This document shows, piece by piece, positions 30,855-39,780 of a stretch of DNA of 64,000 bases (positions are counted from its first letter, which is position 1; each line of letters starts with the position of its first letter). Origin of the DNA: Syntrophaceae bacterium UBA4054 (GTDB lineage: Bacteria; Desulfobacterota; Syntrophia; Syntrophales; UBA4778); NCBI GenBank assembly GCA_002383495.1, contig DFZO01000045.1, positions 68,442 through 132,441 of the forward strand. Direction: 5' to 3'. The notes beneath the pieces are model-generated. The model ran no database searches and was not told the origin of the DNA. It saw only the letters and a program-made list of their open reading frames with translations. The position numbers and the translations under genes are program-made.

Positions 30855-32103
30855 GATTGTCCTGATCCAGCAGGTTCTGGATGAAGAGATCTTCGATGCC
30901 GACTTCGTGTTCCAGGAAGGTGCGGACCTCTTTGCGTTCTCCGGGCTTGGAGACGGTTGAAAATCCTTCCCTGCCTCGGGAGACGAGGATGATGTTTCCC
31001 AGCTCCGCGCATTTGACAATCTCCGGATGATGGGTGGTGATCAGAATCTGTTTGTTTTCAGCGGCCTCCTTCATCATGGTCACGACCTTTGGAATGAGGA
31101 AGGGATAGAGGTTCTTTTCCGGTTCCTCGATGATGAGGAGGGATTTGTCTTCGAAGTAGAGGGCGATGATGAGGGCCGTGATCATGATGGTCCCGTCGGA
31201 GACCACATCGGCGGGGAAGTAGAGATCCCGGGAGTACACCTCCCGCATCTTGAAGAGGAGAGAGCTGTCGCCGAGCTTCTCCACGTTGAGGTCCTCGACA
31301 AAAGGAAGAGAATTCCGGATCAGGTTCGTGAATTTCCTTTTCTTCTCCCGGTCGGCGGTGATTTCTTTGAGAACCAGGGCCAGATTGCTCCCGTCTTCCT
31401 CGAGGTCCCGTTTTCCGGTCACGGAGACGGACTTTTTGGGCAGTCTGGGATCGAAATCGTAGATCCCCATTCTTTCGAAGAACTTTTCAAAGCGATGGAC
31501 GAACTCAAAAAAGGGGGTTTCGAGAAGAAGCGCATCGGGCCGCAGCCGTTCGTCTTTAAAAAAGGCCGGGACGATGTCATCGGAATCCAGGGGGACGTTC
31601 CGGGGCAGGTCCAGCCTGTAATCGATTTTACCTCTTCTGTTCGTCAGGACACTCTGTCCGCGCCCCAGCGTTGTTCGTCCTGCGGTCTTTTTACCCTTCC
31701 CCGGCGGGGCAAGAAATTCCAGGGATTTTGCCAGGGAATCCTCGACGACGGTAAAACCCTTTCCTCTCCCGTGAAACCGGATGGCGAATTCATAAACCAC
31801 GTCGTGAATCCGTATGCCGATGTTCTTCCGCTTCAATTCCAGGCCGGCGTCGTATACGATTTTGAAGCGCATCACCTCGGAGGACGCGAGCCGTGTATTC
31901 CGGACATAATCGCTTCCCCCCTGAAGGGAGATGGCGTTGTTGAGACCGTGGTTGGCGATATCTCTCAGGAAGCGAAAGATCTGAATGAAATTGGATTTGC
32001 CCGAAGCGTTCGCGCCTATGATGACATTGAACCGGCCCAGCCTTTCAATGCGGGCGTCTCGGAAGCTCTTGAAGTTTGAGATGTGGAGGTCTTTAATCAT
32101 CAT
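30844..32103 (-). CDS. ABC/SMC-like ATPase (AAA_15/AAA_21 type)
   Basis: Start MMIKDLHISNFKSF with GGAGAA 8-9 nt upstream. Walker A GANASGKS (32016-31993), Walker B LLIIEEPE, and an H-loop ITTHHP. Confidence 0.75.
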   Translation of the reverse strand: MMIKDLHISNFKSFRDARIERLGRFNVIIGANASGKSNFIQIFRFLRDIANHGLNNAISLQGGSDYVRNTRLASSEVMRFKIVYDAGLELKRKNIGIRIHDVVYEFAIRFHGRGKGFTVVEDSLAKSLEFLAPPGKGKKTAGRTTLGRGQSVLTNRRGKIDYRLDLPRNVPLDSDDIVPAFFKDERLRPDALLLETPFFEFVHRFEKFFERMGIYDFDPRLPKKSVSVTGKRDLEEDGSNLALVLKEITADREKKRKFTNLIRNSLPFVEDLNVEKLGDSSLLFKMREVYSRDLYFPADVVSDGTIMITALIIALYFEDKSLLIIEEPEKNLYPFLIPKVVTMMKEAAENKQILITTHHPEIVKCAELGNIILVSRGREGFSTVSKPGERKEVRTFLEHEVGIEDLFIQNLLDQDNHET

Positions 32104-32123
32104 GGCGGATCGTTCTCCTGCCG

Positions 32124-32456
32124 TCAGGTCTTCTTCTTGACCTCCCCGTTGAGCCATGTCAGGTAATCCTCACTGCCTCCTGCAACGGGCAGGGCGATGA
32201 TCTCGGGGGTCTCGTAAGGGTGAATCGCCTTGATCTCTTTTTCAAGTTCGTCGTAAAGATCTTCACGGGTCTTTATGAAGCAGAGCCATTCCTCCGATCT
32301 TTCAATCCTGCCCTGCCATCGGTACGTGCTCACCACGGGTCCCATGATCTGGACACAACCGGCGACTTTCTTCTCAATCAGCGTACGGGCTATATTTTCG
32401 GCATCTTCTTTTTTGCCCGTTGTCGTGAAGACCTGGATATAATTGTCGGGAGTCAT
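32124..32456 (-). CDS. cutA: Divalent-cation tolerance protein CutA
   Basis: Motifs VAGCVQI, STYRWQG and YETPEIIALPV. The start at Met13 gives the usual ~110 aa; the ORF track starts at 32492. Confidence 0.8.
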   Translation of the reverse strand: MTPDNYIQVFTTTGKKEDAENIARTLIEKKVAGCVQIMGPVVSTYRWQGRIERSEEWLCFIKTREDLYDELEKEIKAIHPYETPEIIALPVAGGSEDYLTWLNGEVKKKT

Positions 32457-32539
32457 GTCATGATCCGCCTGTGATCTGATTGTTATGGGCAAAAAAACTG
32501 TTAAATTTTATATCTTATTTTTTCTGAAAATGAAAACAG

Positions 32540-32635
32540 TTATTGTTCCTGGGACAGACATCAGGCATTGGACGTCAGGCGTCAGGAATAAGCTAACAGC
32601 AGGGGGAAAAGGAGCGCTTACGCACCCCACCTCTT
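32540..32635. repeat. Fragmentary copy of R3-type modules
   Basis: CATCAGGCATTGGACGTCAGGCGTCAGG is the inverse of 25583-25614. GGAGCGCTTACGCACCCC resembles the GGGAGCGTTTACGCTCCC hairpin module. Confidence 0.45.
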
Positions 32636-33337
32636 TCATAGATCGGTCAATGAGCGGGCCGGGACCCGTCCCGTTATTCGCACGGCGATGAGCCCCAGAT
32701 TGCCGCCGAAGTATCGGCGGGACTCGGCCACGGACGCTCTCCGGCGGGCCACCCAGGCGGATGCGCCGCCTGTTTTCATGAATTCACTGTAATGATAGTA
32801 ATGGGGCGGATAGATGGCGTCCATCCGGTGTTCAATGTAGTGGATGACGGCGTTTCCGAGGCGGGAATAGATCCCCGGCTTTTCAGGGACGGTAAAGTCG
32901 ATCAGGATGAGCAGTCCCCCCGGACGGATCGTCTTCTCAAGTTCGTCCCATACCCGCTCACGAAGAACAGCATCCATCTCGTGAAAAACGAATCGCAGAA
33001 CAGCGGCATCGAACATGGGCTTGAAGGGTAGGCGCCCGCCGTCGGCCAGGACCAGGGGAAAGGGCGTCGGCTGATCCGCCGCCCGCGCGTAATGGAGCAT
33101 GGAAGGCGATATATCGATGCACACGGGGCGAAAGCCCTGGTCGGTCAGGATGCGGGAGAGATCGCCCGCCCCGCACCCCAGGTCAAGGATTCTTGACAGG
33201 TCATGTTTTTCAAGAATGCCGGCGAGGTCCTTCCGGATGCCGCCAAGGAACCCTTCCATCAGTCGGCCGAAGAGCGGGAAGAATTGCGCAATGCCTTTGT
33301 AGGGATCGGATGACGGTTGCAGGGGAACCATGATCAC
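32636..33337 (-). CDS. Class I SAM-dependent methyltransferase
   Basis: Motif I ILDLGCGAGDLS and post-I/II spacing. Confidence 0.75.
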   Translation of the reverse strand: MIMVPLQPSSDPYKGIAQFFPLFGRLMEGFLGGIRKDLAGILEKHDLSRILDLGCGAGDLSRILTDQGFRPVCIDISPSMLHYARAADQPTPFPLVLADGGRLPFKPMFDAAVLRFVFHEMDAVLRERVWDELEKTIRPGGLLILIDFTVPEKPGIYSRLGNAVIHYIEHRMDAIYPPHYYHYSEFMKTGGASAWVARRRASVAESRRYFGGNLGLIAVRITGRVPARSLTDL

Positions 33338-33340
33338 CAG

Positions 33341-34003
33341 CTATTCAAACCGGACATCGTCAAAATTGATATGACCCCATCCTCCGCTGGATGCATCGAT
33401 CAGCCTGATCTGAGCCAGCTGCCCCCGATAGGCGGAAACGTTCCATTTCACACGGATCATGGTCTCGGTGCAATGGCCCGTGGCCTTGAGAACGGCCTGC
33501 CCGTTCACGATGAGTTCGACCCGTTCCGTGTTCATGTCACAACCGCCGCCGATCAGGAAACTGAGGGTCGGTTTTGTTATGGTGAACGGCTCGGACGTCA
33601 GGGTTCCCTGTGGTCCGTCTCCCTGGATTTGGCCCGGAGGATCGGACGGCCGGTGCCGGTTTTCATAACCGCCGATCCAGTAATTTCCCTGATGATTCGA
33701 GGGCTGGCCGCGGTGACGTGCGGTGGGATTATCACCATAGGTCGGCTGGGTTGAAAAGGCATTCCCCGTGGCCACCCAGCCGTTAAGATCGCCGCTTTCA
33801 AAATCCCAGGTCATGCTGCCGGCCGCGGGTTTTGCTCCTTCTTCGAAGGATATGCCGATGACATCCTCCTTGTTCACCGGGACATTGACGACCCGGCCGT
33901 CTTTGAGAAAAATCGCCATTCCCGCAAACGCCATGGATGCCGCTGAGAGAATGAGAACGGCAGAGAAAAGAAATGACCGGAATGTTTTGTGAAATGTCTT
34001 CAT
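33341..34003 (-). CDS. Secreted beta-sandwich (concanavalin/GH32-accessory-like) protein, function unknown
   Basis: Signal peptide MKTFHKTFRSFLFSAVLILSAASMAFAG. C-terminal pattern GTLTSEPF...FLIGGG...WGHINFDDV. Confidence 0.5.
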   Translation of the reverse strand: MKTFHKTFRSFLFSAVLILSAASMAFAGMAIFLKDGRVVNVPVNKEDVIGISFEEGAKPAAGSMTWDFESGDLNGWVATGNAFSTQPTYGDNPTARHRGQPSNHQGNYWIGGYENRHRPSDPPGQIQGDGPQGTLTSEPFTITKPTLSFLIGGGCDMNTERVELIVNGQAVLKATGHCTETMIRVKWNVSAYRGQLAQIRLIDASSGGWGHINFDDVRFE

Positions 34004-34027
34004 GGTGTTCCTCCTTTTTTATCTGTT

Positions 34028-34546
34028 TCACGCTCCGTTTTCATGTTCCGTATTCCCGGAGAACCGCTGTTTCTCCGCCAGGACCACGGACGTTTCGACC
34101 TGGCGCTCCGGAATGTTCCAATACCTTTTCAGCAAACGGCTTTTTTCTTCCTCCGTGACCAGCCTGAAACCCTGCTTCTCGTAGAATCGAATGGCCCAAT
34201 AGGCTGAAGCCCAGGTGCCGACCAGCATGGGGCGGTCCGCCTGTTCCCTGAGAAGGGAAAAGAGCCTGCTTCCCATTCCCAGATTCTGTTTTTCCCTTCG
34301 GACGTACGCATGACGGATGAGGCTCACATCGAGGACGTTTTGAATGCCCATGACCGCCGCGAGCGTTCCCTCGTCCTCGTATCCCCAGAAGACGACGCCG
34401 GCCTCGATTTCATTTTTCAGATGCTCCCGCGGCATGTAGGGGTCATGCCAGCGGTCCTCAGGGATCACTCCTTTGTAAACCCGGGCCGCATCGTTTATGA
34501 TCTCGAAAATCGCGTCAAAGTCGTCTTCGCTGCAACATCTTATCAT
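34028..34546 (-). CDS. GNAT family N-acetyltransferase
   Basis: RREKQNLGMGSRLF acetyl-CoA motif and YEKQGF C-terminal motif. Confidence 0.75.
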   Translation of the reverse strand: MIRCCSEDDFDAIFEIINDAARVYKGVIPEDRWHDPYMPREHLKNEIEAGVVFWGYEDEGTLAAVMGIQNVLDVSLIRHAYVRREKQNLGMGSRLFSLLREQADRPMLVGTWASAYWAIRFYEKQGFRLVTEEEKSRLLKRYWNIPERQVETSVVLAEKQRFSGNTEHENGA

Positions 34547-34587
34547 GGTTCACCCCATGCCGTAATGCCCTTCTGTTTGTTGACGAT

Positions 34588-35457
34588 TCAGGACTTTCGG
34601 CTTCCCGATTTCGTTTTTCGAGGGATCGTTGCGTGTTTTCGGATCAGGTATATTGCAGCCCCGCCCAGGATCATGAGGAGGCACAAAAGCTGACCCATGG
34701 TCAGGGGACCGAAAATGAACCCGAGCTGTGCATCGGGCTCCCGGAAAAATTCGATGACCAGGCGCACGAATCCGTAACCGGCAATATAGAGGGCGAGCAG
34801 GAACCCGTCGAAAGGACTCTTCTTGCGGATGCCCCAGAGGATTGCGAAGAGGAACAGGCCTTCGAAAAAGGCCTCGTAAAGCTGCGAGGGGTGCCGGAGC
34901 TGGCGGGACGGATCGAGGGGGAAGTACATTCCCCAGGGGACCGTGGTTGCCCGTCCATAGAGTTCCCCGTTGATGAAATTGCCGATCCTGCCGAAGGTGT
35001 ATCCCAGGGGAACGGCGGGGCTGACGAGATCGGCGAGGTTCCAGAAATCGATTTTGTATCTGCGGCAGAAGATGACCGCCGCGAGAAGAACGCCGAGAGC
35101 GCCTCCGTGATAGGACATGCCGCTGATCCCGACAAATCGGAAGCCCCCGCTGAAATCAAAGGGCAGTATAATTTCCAGGGGATGATGCACGTAGTAGTCG
35201 AAATTGTAAAAGAGAACGTAGCCGAGTCTTGCTCCCAGGATCAAGCCGGTGATGATCCATATGAAGGCGTTCTGGATCGTTTCCATCGAGTAGGGATACC
35301 GCTCTGTTTTGATTCGATGGGACACAAGAAAATAGGTGAGAAGGAAAGCGACAATGTACATGAGACTGTAATAGCGGAGTTGAAAAGACCCGATTTCAAA
35401 AAGGTAGGGACGGAAATGTGCGGGCAGATGCTGCCAGAAATGGATCAATGCTTCCAC
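34588..35457 (-). CDS. lgt: Prolipoprotein diacylglyceryl transferase
   Basis: Motifs YGRATTVPWGMYF and HPSQLYE. Start reassigned to GTG 35457 with AAAGGA upstream, because the ORF-track N-terminus overlaps the upstream zinc-ribbon gene. Confidence 0.8.
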   Translation of the reverse strand: MEALIHFWQHLPAHFRPYLFEIGSFQLRYYSLMYIVAFLLTYFLVSHRIKTERYPYSMETIQNAFIWIITGLILGARLGYVLFYNFDYYVHHPLEIILPFDFSGGFRFVGISGMSYHGGALGVLLAAVIFCRRYKIDFWNLADLVSPAVPLGYTFGRIGNFINGELYGRATTVPWGMYFPLDPSRQLRHPSQLYEAFFEGLFLFAILWGIRKKSPFDGFLLALYIAGYGFVRLVIEFFREPDAQLGFIFGPLTMGQLLCLLMILGGAAIYLIRKHATIPRKTKSGSRKS

Positions 35458-35467
35458 GAGATTCCTT

Positions 35468-35659
35468 TCAGGAGTTTTGCCCGGGCGGGATGCCGGATGA
35501 TGACTTGAGTGCGCCGGAGCAGGACGCGGCAATGACGGCGATGCGCTTGACCGAACCGCTCCCGCACCGCGGACATTCAATGTCTCCGGTATCGTCAAGA
35601 ATGCGCATCATTTCAAACTCGCATCCACACTCTTCACATTTATATTCACAAATCAGCAT
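35468..35659 (-). CDS. FmdB-family zinc-ribbon protein
   Basis: YKCEECGCEFE...CPRCGS double CxxC motif typical of the family. Confidence 0.7.
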   Translation of the reverse strand: MLICEYKCEECGCEFEMMRILDDTGDIECPRCGSGSVKRIAVIAASCSGALKSSSGIPPGQNS

Positions 35660-35731
35660 AGTTTATCGCAATTTTTTGAAACGCAAGCAATGGTCATTCA
35701 AGAATCTGTGTTTTTAATGACAATCTCGTTT

Positions 35732-35893
35732 ACAGGCTATTCAAAAATATCCAGATGCGAGGCCCCCGATGGTTCGACAGGCTCACCATGACAAGCAGCA
35801 GAGCCTGTCCCGTGCTTGACACGGGAAAGGACGAGGGAAGCATGCAGACGCCGTCCTCGCGAAAGCGGGGATGGGTGTTTTTCAATAGCCTGT
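35732..35893. mobile_element. MITE-like repeat, copy D
   Basis: ACAGGCTATTCAAAAATA ... GTGTTTTTCAATAGCCTGT. The right end shares one base with the trxB stop codon. Confidence 0.7.
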
Positions 35894-36870
35894 CAGTAAG
35901 AGTCGCCTTTGAGATCTTCTACATAGTGCTGCGCGGAAACGGCCGCCGTTGCGCCGTCGCCGCAGGCGGTGACGACCTGGCGAAGCGTCGTATTCCGGCA
36001 ATCCCCGCAGGCGAAAATACCCTTGGCCGATGTTTTCATGGAAGCGTCGGTCAGAATATAGCCGCCCTTGTCCACGTCCACGGTACCTCGCAGGAAATCC
36101 GTGTTCGGATCGAGGCCGATGAGCATGAAGACGCCGTCCACGGGAAGCTCCCGCCGTTGCGCCGGCGCTTGAACGTCCCGGACCACCACCGAGGTCACGG
36201 CATCGTCTCCCTTGATCTCCTCCACGACGGCATTCCAGGCAAAATCGATCCTGGGGTTCGCCAGGACCCGGTCCCTCAATATGGCCGTGGCCCGCAGCCG
36301 GTCACGGCGATGAATGATCGTGACCTTTTTGGCGAAGTTTGTGAGATAGATGGCCTCCTGCACGGCCGTATCGCCGCCCCCGACGACGGCGATGGTCTTG
36401 TCCCTGAAGAAGGGCGCGTCGCAGGTCGCGCAATAGGAAATCCCCCGTCCGACGAAGGTGTCTTCTCCCGGCACGCCGAGCTTTCGCCAGGATGTCCCCG
36501 TGGCGATAATGACAGCAAGGGCCTGATAGTTCACGCCCCCCGCGGCGACTTCCCATGCCGGGATCACCGACAACTCTTTCCTGCCAAGGGAGGTCACGTC
36601 TGCCGTGGTCGTCTTCGTCCCGAATTTTTCTGCCTGTTTCCTGAATCGGTCGACGAGGTCGAAACCGCCGATCCCTTCGGGAAAGCCGGGATAGTTTTCC
36701 ACAAGCTCCGAGTAGGAGATCTGACTCATCGTGGTGCCGCCTTCAATGAGGAGCGTCCTGAGTCCGGCCCTGGAGGCATAGAGTCCCGCCGTGAATCCCG
36801 CCGGCCCGCCGCCTATGATAAGGATGTCCAGGACATTTTCCGGTATGCGAATGTTTCCCATGTGCGTCAC
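35893..36870 (-). CDS. trxB: Thioredoxin-disulfide reductase
   Basis: FAD motif GGGPAG, redox motif CATCD, NADPH motif GGGDTA. Confidence 0.9.
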   Translation of the reverse strand: MTHMGNIRIPENVLDILIIGGGPAGFTAGLYASRAGLRTLLIEGGTTMSQISYSELVENYPGFPEGIGGFDLVDRFRKQAEKFGTKTTTADVTSLGRKELSVIPAWEVAAGGVNYQALAVIIATGTSWRKLGVPGEDTFVGRGISYCATCDAPFFRDKTIAVVGGGDTAVQEAIYLTNFAKKVTIIHRRDRLRATAILRDRVLANPRIDFAWNAVVEEIKGDDAVTSVVVRDVQAPAQRRELPVDGVFMLIGLDPNTDFLRGTVDVDKGGYILTDASMKTSAKGIFACGDCRNTTLRQVVTACGDGATAAVSAQHYVEDLKGDSY

Positions 36871-36955
36871 CCCGTTCGATGAAATAGATCGACTTTCACT
36901 TTAAACAATCCGCCTTCATATTTCAAATGAAATCGGCCCTCCGTCGCCGTGTCCA

Positions 36956-37687
36956 TCAGCCGCCGATCACCTCGCAGCGGGGACCGAGAAGCGACGCGAT
37001 CCTTTTCATCTTGTCTTCCGGCACGGCCCTGACGAAGGATTCGGCCGCCGTCCGGTCCAGGGTGTTCAGCTGAATCCTGTCCGGCGACAGGCGCTCCGCG
37101 CGGGTCCTGATTTTCAGAATGTTCTCTTCCTCCGCATTCACGCCTTCAACAAGAAAGACTTCCAGCCACAGGGTGCCGGTGTATGATTCCCGGAGCGCCG
37201 AGAGTCCCCGGACCATTTTTTCGAAGGAGATATCCTTGTGCGGTCTGTTGATGCACTGAAAGGTCGGGTCGTCACCGGCATCGAGAGACGGAATGATGAG
37301 GTCAGCGTCCTGAACCGACGCCCTCACGTCTTTCATCCAGAAGAGAGAGCCGCTGGTCAGAAGGGCGACAGGAATGTCCGTCATTTCCTTGATCCCGCTG
37401 ATGACCTCGCCGATGCGGCTGTGGAGCGCCGGCTCGCCCGCGCCGGCCAGCGTGATGTGATCCGGGGGAGAGATTTCCTCGAGGCTTTCCCGGATCTCCC
37501 GAAGGATATCCTTCGGCGGAGTATAGTCTTCCGGGGTTGCGCTTTTGTGAGTGGTTCTTCCCAGTTCGCAGTAGATGCAGTCGTAGGGACAGGTCTTGAA
37601 GGGAACCAGGTCCACCCCCAGTGATCGCCCCAGTCTTCTGGATCTTACGAGATAGGTAAAGAACCGGCGCCTGCTTCTCTCTTTCAC
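36956..37687 (-). CDS. Radical SAM protein (possibly cofactor-modifying, cmo/MoaA-like)
   Basis: CPYDCIYC cluster near the N-terminus. Adjacent to mobB and the DUF364-like gene. Confidence 0.65.
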   Translation of the reverse strand: MKERSRRRFFTYLVRSRRLGRSLGVDLVPFKTCPYDCIYCELGRTTHKSATPEDYTPPKDILREIRESLEEISPPDHITLAGAGEPALHSRIGEVISGIKEMTDIPVALLTSGSLFWMKDVRASVQDADLIIPSLDAGDDPTFQCINRPHKDISFEKMVRGLSALRESYTGTLWLEVFLVEGVNAEEENILKIRTRAERLSPDRIQLNTLDRTAAESFVRAVPEDKMKRIASLLGPRCEVIGG

Positions 37688-37689
37688 TT

Positions 37690-38190
37690 CTATTCTTTCT
37701 TTTTCAGGAAGCGCGCTTCTATCAAATCCGCGAGGCCCTGGATATCATTGATATCCAGGCAGGGAACGCCCCTGTCCAGGGGCACGTCGCTGGCGATGGC
37801 GATCAGACCGTCTTCCCGGGTGCAGAGGGGTTCCTGTTTCAGAACCGCGCGGAAGACCTCAATTTTGGGATGGGGATTTCCCTTGAACCCCTCGGAGAGA
37901 ATAATATCCACATGGCGGATATAGCGGTCTCTCAATTCGGAAATCGTCGGGTCCCCCTCCGCGTCTTCCATGACGGCGATTTTTCCCGGCGAAGCGAGGA
38001 CCGTTATGCTGGCCCCGGCCTTCCTGTGCCGCCAGCTATCCTTCCCTTCGTGATCGATCTCGAAACCGTGAAGGTTATGCTTGATCGTTCCTACCCGGTA
38101 GCCCCGTCGGTTCAGCTCGGGGATCATTCTCTCGATGAGGGTGGTCTTCCCCGTGTTGGATCGGCCCGTGATGGAGACAATGGGAATCAT
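37690..38190 (-). CDS. mobB: Molybdopterin-guanine dinucleotide biosynthesis adapter MobB
   Basis: Start at MIPIVSITGRSNTGKTT (ATG 38190, ATGA overlap with the upstream gene). Also the IKH motif and DSWRH. Confidence 0.8.
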   Translation of the reverse strand: MIPIVSITGRSNTGKTTLIERMIPELNRRGYRVGTIKHNLHGFEIDHEGKDSWRHRKAGASITVLASPGKIAVMEDAEGDPTISELRDRYIRHVDIILSEGFKGNPHPKIEVFRAVLKQEPLCTREDGLIAIASDVPLDRGVPCLDINDIQGLADLIEARFLKKKE

Positions 38191-38954
38191 GCATCCCGTC
38201 CCTTGAGAAGGTTCACAAACCAGAGGTGGGGCCGCATTTCCGGTGTTCCTCCCCCTTCTCCGATGATCTGCATGATCTTTCGCGTGTAGGGTGAGACGGC
38301 TCCGCCGAGATGGGTGACAGGTGTGCCGGAAAATATTTCCATGCACAAAGGCGTGGAGGGACCGAGAATGGCCACATGCCGTGGTTTGCCAAGCGACCCC
38401 AGGGTTTCTTCCAGGGTGTCGTTTAAAAGCGACGTGGCGGTGATGACGGCGACCGTGCATGTTTTCAAAATGTTTTTTTTCTCTCTTTTTCCCACAACGG
38501 CCATGCGTGACGGATCCCGTTCAATAATGGAGAGGGCTGCACCCGTCGCTTGGATCTTCGGCACCAGCGGAGGGAAGAAACCCACCATGGCGACCCGATC
38601 CTGCGGCGTCAGCATCATGAGGGTGAGCGTATCTTCTTCCTTTCGCTCAGCGAGGTCGGGGCGGAGGATGGCATTTGCCGCGGCCAGGCCCAGGGCTTTC
38701 TCCAGCGGGTTTTTCCCTTCCACGAGGTATGTCACCAGACGCGAGGCGGGCGCGTTCATCAGCGTTCCCGCGTCTGCCCGGCGCGAGCATCCGGGCGGCA
38801 GTTCATTCAGCAGCAGGGCCGCGAGCCCCAGGCGGTCATCCAATACCCTCACGCCCACGTACCCGATCCCGATGCGCACTTCCTGAACGGGAAACATGTC
38901 CGCCTCTTCAAACACTTTTTCATGCAGCCGCTTCAGTATTTCACCTTTCTTCAT
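38187..38954 (-). CDS. DUF4213/DUF364-like putative metal-chelation protein
   Basis: The N-terminal VRIGIGYVGV and the Rossmann-like C-terminal half match my recollection of the family. Confidence 0.55.
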   Translation of the reverse strand: MKKGEILKRLHEKVFEEADMFPVQEVRIGIGYVGVRVLDDRLGLAALLLNELPPGCSRRADAGTLMNAPASRLVTYLVEGKNPLEKALGLAAANAILRPDLAERKEEDTLTLMMLTPQDRVAMVGFFPPLVPKIQATGAALSIIERDPSRMAVVGKREKKNILKTCTVAVITATSLLNDTLEETLGSLGKPRHVAILGPSTPLCMEIFSGTPVTHLGGAVSPYTRKIMQIIGEGGGTPEMRPHLWFVNLLKGRDA

Positions 38955-39216
38955 TCGGTCATCTCCGGAGCGTTCTCAAAAATAATTTTATCATTCCTGT
39001 CATTCCCCGCTGTCTGTCTGAACGCGCAAAAGCATACCTTATCTGGCGCAACCCTACAATAAAATCTTGTGGACCTTTCGTTCAGATTTACAGCACGTGA
39101 TTTGTCTTGCGTAAGAAATGTCGGTAAAGTACAATCTCACGCAAAGATTGAATTCCGGCCGCATGCCCGTCAGCCTTCACGTGAGGTCGAATCGATTTAA
39201 CAATGAGAAGACCACC

Positions 39217-39750
39217 ATGGTATTGAAACAATCACCTTCTGAGATCAAACCCCCCGCTAAGAGAATAAAAAAAATCATGTGCGCAGTGCTCCTGTTCTGC
39301 CTGGGAAGGGGATTCCAGACCGTTTCTGGAATGGATCCCGATGTAATTAAGGAAATCGAGGGTTGGAACGAGGGCTTCGGCATCCTGTTCGAGGTTGCGC
39401 CCGGAGGCCCGTACCTGCAGCTCCGCAAGGAGAAGAACAGGATACGGTTTCTGGGACTGAGCAAGGCCGATGCGGACCTGGTCATCCAATTCAAGAATAT
39501 CGAGGCGGCGTTCATGGTATTGACGGCGCAGATGGGCACTCCGCAGGCGTTTGCCGAACATCGCATCAGTGTCAGGGGCAATCTCCCGGAGGCGATGCGG
39601 CTGATCCGCTGTCTCAATTACGTTCAGTACTATCTCTTCCCCGCCTTTATCGCCGGGAAGGTTATGAAGAGGCTCCCCCCGATCCCGGCGGGCCGTCTTT
39701 TATCCGGGCGTGCTTACGTGTATCTGTTCGGGGTTCCCCTGGGCTTATGA
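39217..39750 (+). CDS. Hypothetical protein, possibly SCP2-like fold
   Basis: ORF with coding-like composition. The segment AFAEHRISVRGNLPEAMRLIRCL resembles the SCP2 C-terminal helix pattern. The start is uncertain. Confidence 0.4.
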   Translation: MVLKQSPSEIKPPAKRIKKIMCAVLLFCLGRGFQTVSGMDPDVIKEIEGWNEGFGILFEVAPGGPYLQLRKEKNRIRFLGLSKADADLVIQFKNIEAAFMVLTAQMGTPQAFAEHRISVRGNLPEAMRLIRCLNYVQYYLFPAFIAGKVMKRLPPIPAGRLLSGRAYVYLFGVPLGL

Positions 39751-39780
39751 TTTCTTGAACAAAAAAACGAGGAAGATACG

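Noticed and set aside
30267-32103. ATPase/TOPRIM pair as part of a prophage or integrative island
   Set aside because: There is no integrase, tRNA, direct-repeat boundary or obvious compositional shift. The genes are translationally coupled to the flanking housekeeping genes, so no mobile-island call is made.
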